Shown: in pieces, positions 12,401 through 24,220 of the stretch
How positions within the stretch are numbered: position 1 is the first letter of the stretch
How the letters are laid out: each line of letters opens with the position of its first letter
Assembly: GCA_963813715.1 (NCBI GenBank)
Contig: CAWFAK010000015.1
Location: 1-64,000, forward strand
Direction of reading: 5' to 3'
Length of the DNA: 64,000 bases
Origin: an uncultured Planctomycetaceae bacterium
Lineage (GTDB): Bacteria > Planctomycetota > Planctomycetia > Planctomycetales > Planctomycetaceae
The notes under the pieces: generated by a model
Databases searched by the model: none
What the model saw: only the letters and a program-made list of their open reading frames with translations
What the model was told of the DNA's origin: nothing
Program-made: the position numbers and the translations under genes

Positions 12401-13215
12401 TCAGCGCACGATTTGATAGAGCCCAGCCTTGAGTGGTTCGACGCGGCGATACGAACCGTTGAGGTTGATCGTCGTTTCCGCGCCGCCCAGGACCAGGTAG
12501 CCGTCCGGCCTGAGCAGCGAGGCCAGCCGCGCCAGGATGTCTTTTTTCGTCTCCACATCGAAGTAGATCATCACGTTACGAATCAGCACGAGGTCCATCC
12601 GCGGCAGCGCCGGCCACGGCCGCGCCAGGTTAATTTCCTGGAATTCGACCATATGTCTTACGGGTAACTTCAGCTGCCAATCGGTGCCGTGCTGCTCGAA
12701 GTGTTTGAGCAGGAGGGCAGCGGGGAGACCGCGATTCACTTCGATCTGGTTATAGCGCCCTTCGCGCGCCCGGGCCAACACCTCGCGGGAGAGGTCGCTG
12801 GCCAGCAAAGTGACCTTCCATCCGGCCAGCTCCGGAAAATGGTCCCGCAGCAGGATGGCGATGCTGTACGGCTCCTGCCCATGAGAACTGGCCGCGCACC
12901 AGATGTTCAGAGAGCGCTCAGGGCGACGCCGGTTGATCAAGTCGGGCAAGACCACGTTCCGAAGAGCCTCGAACGGGTGATGGTCGCGAAAGAACGAGCT
13001 TTCCGTCGTGACCATCGCCTCGACGACCTGCCGGGTCAGTCCATTTCCCGGCTCGCAGCGCAACTGAGCGACCAGTTCGCCGATTGAGTTCAGGCTGCGT
13101 TGGCGCAGAACGGCGCGAGACGGCTTTCGACCAGGTACTGCTTGTCGGAGTCCAACAAGATCGCGCTGCGATCGTGGAGCAACTTGCGGATCGCGTCGAA
13201 GTCCTGATCCGTCAC
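12401..13215 (-). CDS. cheR: Chemotaxis methyltransferase CheR (frameshifted)
   Basis: [45 protein letters not shown] start at 13215 overlaps the cheB stop. Confidence 0.92.
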
Positions 13216-14325
13216 GGAATCACCGGCGATGACGGTGTCACCGGACTTGGCCGAACCCTGCGGAGAATTTCATTCGCGATGAGAGACAGCGGCAGCACCC
13301 GGTCGGCGAGTCCTGCCCGCGCCACGCTTCCCGGCATTCCCCAGACAACGGAGGTGGCTTCGTCTTGCACCAGGATCTGTCCACCGGCCTCCCGGAGATA
13401 TTCGCAACCGCGCAGACCGTCTTGCCCCATGCCGGTCAGGATGACTGTCAAGGAGTTGGGGCCGAACGCCTTCGCCACCGAGCGGAGCAGGACGTCGACC
13501 GCGGGTCGGCAAGAGTTTTCCGGAGGGTCCTGATGCAGCTGCAGGCGCATTTGTCGGCCCTCCGGCGCGATGATCATGTGGAAGTCGCCCGGGGCAATCC
13601 AAGCTTTTCCGGCTTGCAGGATCGTCCCCGAAGTTGCCTCCTGCACCGGGATCGCGCACTCGGCGGACAGCCGTTCGGCCAGGAGCCGCGTGAACATGGG
13701 AGGCATGTGCTGCACGATCACGATGGGCACCGGAAAATCGGCAGGCAGCGGTCGCAAGATTTCGACGAGAGCATTCGGCCCGCCGGTGGATGTTCCGATG
13801 GCGAGGACATCGACCCGACCCGAAGTGATGCGGGCCGGGGGCGCCGCCAGGAGCACCGGTGGTCGACGGACTCGCGACGATGTTCGCTCGCCCAGCCGCC
13901 GGCGCCCGATTTCCGGCGCTGGCGCAAAGAGCCTTGATCTTGGGGATCAGTTGCTCGCGGATGACTTCCAGAGAAGCATCCAAGCCGCCCGCGTTGGTCG
14001 GCTTCGTGAAATAGTCGGTCGCACCGAGGGCCAGCGCATCCAGAGTTGCCTCCGCCCCGCGGTCCGTCAGGGCGCTGAACATGATCACGGGCAGACGCGG
14101 GTAGGTCTTTCGCAACTCCTTGAGCGTCGCCAGGCCGTCCATCTCGGGCATTTCGACGTCCAGCATGACCAGGTCCGGGTTCAGTTGCGCCAATTTGGCC
14201 AGGGCAATGCGTCCGTTCGCCGCGGTGCCGACGACATCCAGGGCCGGGTCGCGGCCCAGTTCCTCCGCCACCAGGCGCCGAAAGACGACGGCATCGTCGA
14301 CGATCAGGACGCGGATCTTGGGCAT
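13212..14325 (-). CDS. cheB: Chemotaxis response regulator/methylesterase CheB (frameshifted)
   Basis: N-terminal REC (VLIVDD, LDVEMP); catalytic motifs GTSTGGP, VQHMP and LTGMGQDG. Confidence 0.93.
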
Positions 14326-14329
14326 GCGC

Positions 14330-14701
14330 CTACTCCTGACAGCACGTCCAGCAAATTGAGCTTGGCCACCAGAATGTCCTTGTTGAAGGGCTTCATCAGA
14401 TATTCGTTGGCGCCGGCCTGCAACGCCTGGATCACCTGCTCCCCTGACTCTCCGAAGTCACCATCAGGATCCGGACGGCATCGTAAGCGCGGTCCGCACG
14501 AACCGCGCGAATGAAATCGATGCCGTTCATTTGCGGCATGTTCCAGTCGACCAGCAGCAGTTCGACATCGGGATTCCGTTTCATCTGTTCCAGGGCTTCG
14601 ATGCCATTGGCGGCCTCGAAAACCTCCATGCCGATCTCGCGCAGGATGTGACCGATGATCATCCGGACGGCCCGGGAGTCATCGATGACCAGCGCACGCA
14701 T
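14330..14701 (-). CDS. cheY: Single-domain response regulator, CheY-like (frameshifted; 3' end approximate)
   Basis: MRALVIDDS...LVDWNMP...MVTSE; continues [11 protein letters not shown] in another frame. Confidence 0.85.
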
Positions 14702-14774
14702 TCATCGTCTCCCTCGAGCAAGAGGTGGGGTGTGCTCCCTTCGCTCTCCTGCCGCCTGATTTCAGTCGGACATA

Positions 14775-16380
14775 CTAGTCGTTGAACTGCGAGACCAACT
14801 TCTGCAGATTCAGCGCGATCTTGGAGAGTTCGTCCGCGGAATCCTTGGTGTTGCTGGCGCCCTCGGTCGTGCTCCGCGCGGCCTGGGCGACGCCGGTGAT
14901 GTTCTGAGCGATCTCGTTGCTGCCCCGTGCCGCCTCGGCGACGTTGCGGCTGATTTCGCCGGTCGTCGCCGTCTGCTCCTCGACAGCGCTGGCGATCGTG
15001 TTCTGAATGTCGTTGATCTGGTTGATGATCTTGCTGATCTGGGCGATTGCTTCGACCGCACTCTTGGTGTCGCCCTGAATGGCCTCGATCTTGCGGCTGA
15101 TGTCTTCGGTCGCCTTGGCGGTTTGCTTGGCCAGCTCCTTGACCTCGTTGGCGACGACGGCGAAGCCTTTGCCGGCCTCGCCTGCCCGGGCCGCCTCGAT
15201 GGTGGCGTTCAGAGCCAAGAGATTCGTTTGCTGCGCGATGGACGTGATGACCTTGATGACGTTGCCGATCTCGGCGCTGCTTTCTCCTAGCTTGCCGACG
15301 ATGGCATTGGTCGTTTCGGCAACCTTGACGGCAGTCGTCGCTACCCGGGCGGCTTCGTTGGTGCTGCTTGGCGATCTCCTTGATGCTCGATCCCATTTCC
15401 TCCGTGCCGGTTGCCACGGTGGCCACGTTCTGACTCACTTGTTCGGCGGCGGCGGAAGCGACATTCGCCTGCGTCGCCGTTTCTTCGGCATTGGCCGCCA
15501 TCTGCTGGCTGACGGAAGTCAGTTCCTGTGCGGCACTGGCCAGAACCGTGGCACTCTCGGTGACTTGCCTCAACAGCGTCCGCAGGGCGCTCCGCAGTTT
15601 CACCTGATCGGTCACGTCGGTCGCGTACTTCACAACTTTGAAGGGTCGGCCACACTGATCGAAGATGGGATTGTAGGCCCCTTGGATCCAGACTTCCCGG
15701 CCGTCTTTGCCGAGACGCTTGTACTCGCCCGTTTGATAGACGCCGCGGGCCAGCTTGGCCCAGAATTCCTTGTACTCCGCGCTGCGCCGGTAGGCGTCGT
15801 CGACGAACATGCCGTGATGCTGGCCTTTCACTTCCTCCAGCGTGTATCCCATGGCGTTCAAGAAATTCTCGTTGGCAGTCAGGATCGTGCCATCCAGTTG
15901 AAACTCGATGACGGCCTGGGACTTGCCGATCGCAGCCATCTGCCCGCGATAATCGGCGTCCTGCAGCTTCCGCGCGGTCACGTCGGTGGCATACTTGATG
16001 ATTTTGACCGGGCCGCCCTTTCTCGTCGATGATCGGGGTGTACGCACCCTGGATCCAGACCTCGCGGCCGCCTTTGCCGACTCGTCGGTACTCCCCGGCC
16101 TGACACTCACCGCGACCCAACTTGGCCCAAAACTCTTTGTAGTCATCGCTTTGTCGATAGCCATCTTCGACGAACATGCCATGATGCTGCCCCTGGACCT
16201 CGTCCAGCGTGTAACCCATCGGCTTCAGGAAGTTCTCGTTGGCGGTCACAATCGTGCCGTCGAGCTCAAACTCGATGACGGCCTGAGATTTGTCGATGGC
16301 GGCGAGCTTCCCGCGCAAGTCCGACAGGACCCGAGCAGGATCCGGCTTTCGTGAGTTTTTTCGTGCGGTTTTCAAGACAT
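14775..16380 (-). CDS. Soluble methyl-accepting chemotaxis protein with two PAS domains (frameshifted)
   Basis: Two KSQAVIEF(E/Q)LDGTI.TANENFL PAS repeats; [29 protein letters not shown] signalling hairpin; no TM segment. Confidence 0.92.
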
Positions 16381-16409
16381 CCCTCTTTCGAATGCGACCA
16401 ATTCAGATG

Positions 16410-16876
16410 TCAGGCGTCCTTGGCGTGTTGTAAATGACCACACCCGGTCACATTCACCGTCCGATCGGTGTCGAGAATAAGCAGCAAACAGTCAGGCAAC
16501 TTGTAGGCGCCGCAAATCAGCTGGCGCGCCGTCCCCTGCAACGTCTCGGGCGCCGCTCGAACAGGCTCGCGGGAACTTCCAGCACGTCGCCGATCTCATC
16601 AACCAGCAGGCTGACAGCGCCATCATCGGTTTGAACAACCACGTTCAGCGGCAATTGGTCCGCGGGCCGGTCGCTGAGCTCGAGCCGGCGGCGCAGGTCG
16701 ATCGCTGTCACGATCTGCCCGCGCAAGTTGATCAACCCGCGCACCACAGGCGACGCGAGCGGGACGCGCGTCATCTGCTGGAAGCGGATCACTTCCTGCA
16801 CCCTCAGCACATCGAGGCCGAAGTAGTGACCGTCCACATAAAACGTGCAGTATTGGTGTGAATCCGCCACGGTCAT
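16410..16876 (-). CDS. cheW: CheW coupling protein (frameshifted)
   Basis: FGLDVLRVQEVI...VRGLINLRGQIVTAIDLRRRL. Confidence 0.9.
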
Positions 16877-19189
16877 GCCTGCGTCGTGATGGTGCGCCAC
16901 GGTTCAGCGTGGTCGGGATCGAGCGACCCCAGCATCGCTTCGATATCCAGAAACTCCGTGGCTTGCCCTTGGATGACCGCCGTGAACATCACCCCGCGTC
17001 GGTGAGCCTCTGACCGAGACACGAGCGTTTCCTCGACAATGTCGACGATGCGGTCGACGACCAAGCCGACCTGCCGGCCTCCGCCGGAGTAGACGACGAC
17101 CTGGATGGGATCGACGACCGTCGTTGCCAAGGATTCATTCGAGCGCCGCCGTGAACTTGAGCCCCCATTCCTGGAAGGGGGTCGCTGTCGCAAGGCGCGC
17201 GACACCTTGATCAAGGGCAGAATCTCGTCGCGATACTGAACCACGTCCAGCGGTCCGACTCGCTCGAGCGACGAGAGTGGGAACTCTTCGAGGCGCGCCA
17301 CTTGCGATAACGGAATGGCCCCGCGGCTCCCGTCGTGATTGGCGAATAACAATACCGTTTGGCAATCACCGGTTGGTTCAGCAGCGGGGCTCGCCTTCTC
17401 ACTCAGGGCGCGTTCGCGAACTCCAGAGATAACGTTGGCAGCTTGGGCCAGGCCCAGCACATCCAGGATCAAAGCTACTCGGCCGTCGCCCATGATCGTG
17501 GCGCCCGCAAAGGTGCGGAGATCTTTGAGCTGCTTCTGCAGCGGTTTGACGACGATCTCTTCGGTGTCGTGAATCGCGTCGACAACCAGGCCGAACTGAC
17601 GGTCGTCGGCTTGGAGCACGACGATGTTGGTCGCCACCTGATTATCGTCTGCCGAGTTGGCACCATTTTGATTCTCGTGCCCGTTCGCAGGCGCGTTGTC
17701 GGCGCCCAGCGCGCGGTCGAGGTACACCAAGGGAAGCAGATTTTCTCGCAGGCGGTAGACCGGTGTTCCCTGAATCTGTTCGATCCCCCGTTGCTTCGAC
17801 TCACCCTCGAGTCGGACCAGTTCCAGCAGGCTGACCTGAGGGATTGCGTAGCGCTCGCCCGCGCTCGTGATGGTGAGCGCCGGGATAATGGCTAACGTCA
17901 GAGGGATCTTCATGCGGACGGTCGCGCCGCTGCCCGGGCGACTGTCGATCGTCACCGAGCCGCCGATGCGCTCGATGTTGGTTCGCACCACGTCCATGCC
18001 GACTCCGCGTCCCGAGAACTGCGTTACCTGGTCGGCGGTCGAAAAGCCTGGGAGGAAGATCAGGTTCACCAGGTCGCGGTCGCTCAGGCGATCGGCCTGC
18101 TCCGGAGTCACAAGCTTGGCCTTGATGGCCTTGGCGCGGATTCGCTGGGGGTCGATGCCGGCGCCGTCGTCGTTAATCTCGATGATCACCTTGCCGCCTT
18201 CGTGAAACGCACGGAGCGCGAGCCGACCTTCCTCCGCCTTGCCCCGCGCAGGCGCTCTCGGGGGGCTCGATGCCGTGGTCAACTGCATTGCGCACCAAGT
18301 GCGTGAGCGGATCGCGGATGGCTTCGATGATCGTCTTGTCCAGCTCGGTTTCCTGCCCCTCGAGGTCGATGTGCACTTGCTTGGCACAGGCCACGGCCAA
18401 GTCGCGAACGACGCGGGGAAACTTGCTCCAGATTGTGCCGATCGGCTGCATCCGCGTCTTCATCACGCCTGCCTGCAACTCGGTCGTGAGCAGGTTCAGT
18501 CGTTGCACGGTGCGGACGAAGGGCGTGTTTTCCTGAGAGGCGCTGTACTGCATGATCTGGTTGCGAGCCAGCACCAGCTCTCCCACCAGAGTCATCAGCT
18601 TATCCAGCAGGTTCACATCCACCCGGATGGAGGTGTCCGCGATCGCGGGCGTGCGAGACTCCGCCGCGTCATGGAGCGAAGACTGCGTCATCACCAAGGA
18701 GGTCGGCCCACTCGATGACGGCGCGGGCGGACGAATTTCCGCGACCTCCGGCATAACGGGGATCGTTGGCAGCTTGGCGATGGGCGTTGCCATCGGCGAC
18801 ACGGTAGGAGCCGCCACCGCGCAACCGATCCAGAGTCTCAATCAGCGCCGAGAAATCGCCGTCGCCGTCGGTCTCGGAACGTTCGACCGACTCGAGCATC
18901 GTTCGCACCGCGTCCACGACCTTCAGCAGGGCGCTGGCGATCGGCGGCGTTGAAGACCAGTTCTCCCGCGCGCAACTGGCTGAGCAGACTCTCCGCGGCG
19001 TGAGCGACGGCCTGCAGCTTCTGCAAGCCGAGAAAGCCCGCGGTTCCCTTGACCGTATGCAACGTGCGAAACACGCGGCCCAGGGTCTCGCGCTCGGTCG
19101 GCTCCTTTTCCAGCGTTACCAGGTCAACATCGAGCTGCGCCAGGTTCTCATTCGTTTCAATCAGAGAACTCGCGGATCACTTCGTTCAT
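16873..19189 (-). CDS. cheA: Chemotaxis histidine kinase CheA with two CheW-like domains (frameshifted)
   Basis: HPt FRTLHTVKG; IRVDVNLLDKLMTLVGELVLARNQ; HLVRNAVDHGIE; GRGVGMDVV; C-terminal CheW domains. Confidence 0.93.
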
Positions 19190-19197
19190 GAGAGCGC

Positions 19198-21200
19198 TTA
19201 CCGACTCGCAACGACCAGCTCGTCGATGATCGTCCGAACGATCGCGGCTGGAAAACTCTTGTCGCAGACCGCGGCCACTCCCAGCCGGCGGACGGTTTCG
19301 AGCTTGGTCGGGTCCGTCTCCGTCGTAACCATGATGATCGGCACCGACGCCGTGAGTGGGTTTTGCTTCAGATAACCCACGAGCCCCGGTCCGTCCATGA
19401 GAGGCATGTTGTAATCGGTGATGATCAAGTCGAACGATTCTTGGGCAACCGCGGCGACAGCCTGAGCCCCGTCGGTCGCGTCGACAAATTGAGTCAGTCC
19501 CATGCCCCCCAGCACGTTGCGCACGTGCAACCGCGCGGCCGCGCTGTCGTCCACAATCAGCACGCGCAGCTTGCCGCGATCTTTGGCAGGCGCGTCCGGC
19601 TGTGCAACGTTCGGCTGTGCGACGTCTGACACGACCCGCAATGCACTCACCAACTGCTCAGGAGTGAAGGGCTTCTTGACGAGGACCGTGTTGGCGCACT
19701 TGCTCAGCGAGCCCGCGTCCGAACTTTCGGATTCACTGGAGATGAGCACAAAGCCCGGCGGCGGACCGTCGGCTTCCGCGCGCACCTGTTGGGCCAGATC
19801 CACTCCGGTCATGTCCGGCAAATGCAGCGCACTGACGATGGCATGCGGTCGCTCAGCCCGCACCGACCGCAGAGCGTCCTCGCCAGAAGCCGCCGCGACG
19901 ATGTTTTGCACGCCTTGGACCTGCAAATACTTTTGAATGATCCCAGAGAGCGTGCGCGACGGCTCGACCAGCAAAATTTTGAGGGACGAGAGTGGCGTCC
20001 CGGCGGACGCCGACCTCAGGCCGAACATCTGCTGAGTCGCGCCCCCGGCAGTGGCCCGGCTCGTCTCAGGGCTGGAACCTAGCAAGGACCATTGCCCGGT
20101 CGAGGACGTCCGCCCAGGGGGCCCGAGCCCTGCCGGAGCCGTCTTGCTGGTGTCGGGCAGGTTGGCCGCGATTGCCTCCAGCGTCTGCACGACTTCGGTC
20201 ATTGTCTGGAAGCGGCCAGCTGGCTCCTTGGCCATCATCCGTTGAAAGGCCGCATCCAGTTCGGCCGGCACATCCTGCCGACTGTCCGCCAGTACCGGAA
20301 TCGGATCGAGCTTGTGCTTGAACATGATCGCCATCAGGGAGTCACCCTGATACGGGGGGCGGCCCAGCAGCAGGAAATGGAGCGTGGTGCCCAGGCTATA
20401 GATGTCGGACCGATGATCGATCTCAGTCGAATCCATCGCCTGCTCAGGGGGCATATAGTCGACGGTGCCGAGAATCGAACCGGCCTGAGTAATCGAGCCG
20501 CCGGCGGCGGACCCCGCGGCATTCGCCAGGCGGGCCAGTCCAAGATCGGTCACCTTGACGGTGCCCGCGCCATCCCGCAGCAGGTTGGCGGGCTTGATGT
20601 CGCGATGAATGATTCCCTGACTGTGGGCGTACTCCAATCCGCGCGGCTTGCAGGACGCAGTCGATGGCTACAGACACACTCAGCGGCCCTTGCTTCGCGA
20701 GCAGGGACGCCAGGTCCTGGCCTTCGACATACTCCATCGCTAGGAAGTGGCCGACTTCGGCTTCGTCCGCATCGTAGGCCATCACAATGTTCGGATGAGA
20801 AAAACAGGCGATGGTCTCCACCTCGCGCTGGAAACGCTGTACGAACGACTCGTCCTTCGCCAGGCTGCGCGACAGGACCTTCAGCGCCACGATTCGCTTC
20901 ATGCGGCGGTGGCGGGCCTTGAAGACCGTGCCCATGCCCCCCGCGCCCAGCCGATCGAGCACGTCGTAGTTGCCGATCCGCAACTCCGCGTGCCGGCGAT
21001 TGGAGGCCGCTTCGGCCTGGTAGGGCGTCAAAATTCCAGCAGACACCAGCGACTGCGCCAGAGAGAATCCGCTTGCCTTGGGATTCGATGCCGCCTGAGA
21101 CGCCCGCTCGAAGTCCTCTGCCGATCAGGAGTTCGCTGGCCTTCAGACAGTCCAGAAGTTCCTGGGCGGCAAAGCCTTCGGTAATTTGAGTTCTTTCCAT
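19198..21200 (-). CDS. Ser/Thr protein kinase fused to two receiver (REC) domains (frameshifted)
   Basis: [26 protein letters not shown] and GTVDYMPPEQ; then REC1 (ILLVEPS...IVSALHLPDMTG) and REC2 (VLIVDDS...ITDYNMP); stop 8 bp before the cheA start. Confidence 0.9.
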
Positions 21201-21844
21201 GGACGGTGTGACGCTAGCTCAGAGTGACCGGGATCCTCGGCTCGGGCCGATTCGGAGCACGCGTGCTCGCGAAAGGTGGCGACTTTCGCCGAAAAGCGGT
21301 GAGTTCGGCGCAGCCAAGGAATTCAGGCTAGCAGCCCTTCAGGGCCTAAACAACGTGGTACTTTGGATTTGTCTTCGCCTCACAGTCGAAACAGCAAAAT
21401 CTGCCGCGCGAGTCGGCTGCCGAATGCACACATCGCTTGGACGTGTGACGATCACTCTTACCCGAGCTTCGCACCGTGCTTTAGCGGGTCGTTCGTCCAA
21501 AAGAACGCCATATCGCGGAATGGGCGCGACAGCTCATGGGGCCCACCGTTCCTGGCATTGCACGGATTGTTGTCCAGACTGCGGTCTCGGACTCAAAAAG
21601 TTGGCGGGTCAGTCAGCTCCCGTCACCCCTTGTTTGGGTCGCCGGATTCGTTGATAGGCGATGCAGCGCCGCGACTACCGATTCTGGGCATCAGCGGACT
21701 CTCGGCATACCGTTCCCAGGTTGCCGTGCCTGAGACGACTAGGGCTAGCTGAACCTGAAAAGGTTCGATTTCCGCGGCACTCCGACGAGACTTTTTCTCA
21801 ATCGGTCGTTGCGCCGGGGCCGACTCGGCGATAAATTTTCGGCC

Positions 21845-21920
21845 ATGCGGAGCGTGTGCCGAAAAACAAATGAGTTTCCCGTGCCGGTCACGGGGGCACT
21901 TATCGGTCCTTTGATCGCGA
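21845..21920 (+). repeat. Direct repeat copy B (~75 bp), related to 11580-11656
   Basis: Aligned by eye with copy A; internal GTGCC-N9-GGCAC inverted repeat is conserved in both copies. Confidence 0.8.
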
Positions 21921-22328
21921 AGTCAAAAAAACGTCTGAGTGTGTGGACTGCGCCCCGGCTCGGTTAATCGAGCGACCAGTTGACCGATGAACGGGACCGA
22001 CTCAGGACCGAAGTAATCGGCCTCAAACTCATGGTCGAGGAGCTGCACATTGTCGAGGTTAAGTTCGCAAAGGTCTCATTGACATCGAGGAAAGACCGCG
22101 CTTTTGTTGCGTGCTGTGCTGCCGCAATGGGCTTAGGGGCGTGTCTGATCAGCCCTATCCCGAGGGGGCCGTCGACGGATTTTGGTTCTTCAGTGCGGCT
22201 CAGTTGTTTGCCCTCGGTTGGCTACTGGTCGGATTCGGTGGCGTTTTTCAGTTCGTCAAGGCAGTGCTGGGTCTGTGAAGCCCACGCGAGCCGCGTCGGA
22301 CGCGAAAGAATCGAGGGAGCGGGGAGCA

Positions 22329-22557
22329 ATGGAAAACGTGGCGATCGATCGCGTCTTGAGCGGAGCATATTACGGTGACAAGCGCAACGTCGTTTGCCCG
22401 ATTTGCAATGACGACTACACGCACGTTATCGGGGTGTCACTCCGAGAAGCGCTTCTGTGACGCTTGTTCAATGCGAAGCGAAACAGCACCGCTTCGAGAT
22501 CATCCTTCGGCCCCATAAGGGAATTACGCTGATTCAGGTCGATCCAGTCATAGCATG
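22329..22557 (+). CDS. Small hypothetical protein with CPIC motif (probably frameshifted)
   Basis: GGGGAG before ATG; MENVAIDRV...VCPICNDDYTHV, continuing QCEAKQHRFEIILRPHKGITLIQV in another frame. Confidence 0.45.
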
Positions 22558-22662
22558 AAGCCGGCAGACCCGTGAGCGGAGCCGTCGCCAACTGGGCGTA
22601 GGACTTTTTGTGCGGCCGTCCGCCCTTTGGCCCCCGTCCGCCGCTCCCGGTACAATCGCGGC

Positions 22663-22867
22663 ATGCCCTTCATCGCCAAACTGAACAAAGCCACTCTTTG
22701 GCTAGGCACCGCAAACGCTGCTGGGGTGCGGACGCTTACCGATCACGATGGCGCGGCCGTCTTCCGAAGCGCCGCAGACGCGGGTTGCGATCGCCAAATT
22801 GCCGGAAGTGTACCAGCACTTCGAGCTGACCTTCCTGGTCGAGCCGATGGGGCTCTCGGAGTTTTGA
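22663..22867 (+). CDS. Small hypothetical protein, likely leaderless (probably frameshifted)
   Basis: TACAAT-N6-ATG; MPFIAKLNKATLWLG...AAVFRSAADA. Confidence 0.45.
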
Positions 22868-22923
22868 GGCACAAACGGCCAACCGGTTAGCGCGGTTCTT
22901 TGGGTGCCCGCTACAATGGCTGT

Positions 22924-23136
22924 ATGAGCCAGCCCAAGCGACTTCCCGTTCCGCTTCCATTCGGGGATGGATGGGTCCTGGTGAGGCTGCCAGAGCATCC
23001 AGCGGCACCCGACCAATACTGGTCTCATGAGTCGGGATGGGTTCTGAACGCCGGGGCGGCAAAGTCGTTCGCGCTCAGTGGGGAAGCGCGCGACTACATG
23101 CAAGCCAACTCGCACCGGATGGACGCGCCAGGCTGA
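22924..23136 (+). CDS. Small hypothetical protein, likely leaderless
   Basis: TACAAT-N6-ATG; MSQPKRLPVPLPFGDGWVLVRL...YWSHESGW. Confidence 0.5.
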   Translation: MSQPKRLPVPLPFGDGWVLVRLPEHPAAPDQYWSHESGWVLNAGAAKSFALSGEARDYMQANSHRMDAPG

Positions 23137-23190
23137 CCAGCCGCCATAGAGACGGATCCTGAGCAACGATGGTGCCATTCGCATAAACAA

Positions 23191-23225
23191 CGAAGCCCAC
23201 CTCGCGGGCAAGCGGGCGGGCTTCG
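23191..23225. other. Stem-loop CGAAGCCC...GGGCTTCG
   Basis: 8-bp perfect inverted repeat between the small ORFs and the Ubl gene cluster. Confidence 0.5.
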
Positions 23226-23283
23226 CCCCCTCAAATCTCGGCAGTCAAGCTTCAGTCTAAGGGGCGATTCCAGACTAGCCGAT

Positions 23284-23796
23284 GTGGGCAATAAAATCAT
23301 CGGTCCATACTGGGCTTGCCGGGGGTGGGCGCATTTTCGTGGTTATTTCAAACTGTCCCACTACCGGGCTTTGAGGCAAAGCCAGGGCCGGCCGACCTTC
23401 TGTTGTGCAGAAGCCGATGCCAAGAGCCGCACCGAAAACCTCGCACTGCATCGCCAAATCGAGGTGGAGCGAGCCGACGTCAATCAGCAACGCGATGCCC
23501 TGGAGCAGGAGCGGCGACAAATCGCCGCCGAACGCAACCGTGACCCGATCATTGCCGAATCGATTCAGCTGGCAGCTGGTCTGATCGCGGCCGTTCTGCC
23601 GTTGCTCGTCTGCCTGTACTTGCTCCGGGGACTCTTCGACAAGCCCGACCAGGACGCGCTCGCTGAACTCCTGGTCGAGGACCTGGTCTCGAGACAGCCT
23701 CTGCTAGGCAACTCAGCTCCCCTCAATTTGCCAGAGACGGGTGGCAATCCTCGGTTGCCCGCCGGTCCTCCCGCAGAAGAGCGCCCCACGGACTGA
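23284..23796 (+). CDS. Coiled-coil + single TM hypothetical protein (start uncertain, possibly 5'-truncated)
   Basis: Heptad-rich ERADVNQQRDALEQERRQIAAER followed by hydrophobic IQLAAGLIAAVLPLLVCLYLL; N-terminal ~40 aa look non-coding. Confidence 0.65.
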   Translation: MGNKIIGPYWACRGWAHFRGYFKLSHYRALRQSQGRPTFCCAEADAKSRTENLALHRQIEVERADVNQQRDALEQERRQIAAERNRDPIIAESIQLAAGLIAAVLPLLVCLYLLRGLFDKPDQDALAELLVEDLVSRQPLLGNSAPLNLPETGGNPRLPAGPPAEERPTD

Positions 23797-23895
23797 AGGT
23801 GGGCTACTCCACTCGGTCAGCGCGATCACCTTCGCGCTTGCGGTCCCGCCGCACAATTCGTCCTCCATGCCCATTTTCTCGAAGGAGCACCCTCC

Positions 23896-24172
23896 ATGAA
23901 CCAGTCCGAACTCGAGCGTGCGGTGGCTCGTGCCACCGGCGAATCGCGCCGCTTCGTCAAGCGATTCGGCTTCAGCCTCGTCGATGACGAACCAAAGCCT
24001 GGCGACGAACTGACGCTGGCCATCGATTGCCCGGGCTGCGGCGCAGTCTGTGATGGTTGCAATTTGGGCCAAGGGACTCGAGTGCCCTCGGTGCGATGCC
24101 GTCTATCCGGTCTCCGTCGACGAGCTCTACGTCCTCGACAATTCGCACCGGCCACTGATCGCCTGCGCCTGA
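23896..24172 (+). CDS. Small hypothetical protein with CxxC motifs (3' end uncertain, frameshifted)
   Basis: AAGGAG RBS; MNQSELERAVARATGESRRFVKRFGFSLVD...IDCPGCG. Confidence 0.6.
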
Positions 24173-24220
24173 TCACTTTGCGTTTTTTGTCCGATCCCAA
24201 GGTTCTCAGGACCAAACTTT

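Noticed and set aside
12401..21200. Programmed frameshifting or pseudogenisation of the che operon
   Set aside because: Breaks occur at similar density in housekeeping genes and show no common slippery motif.
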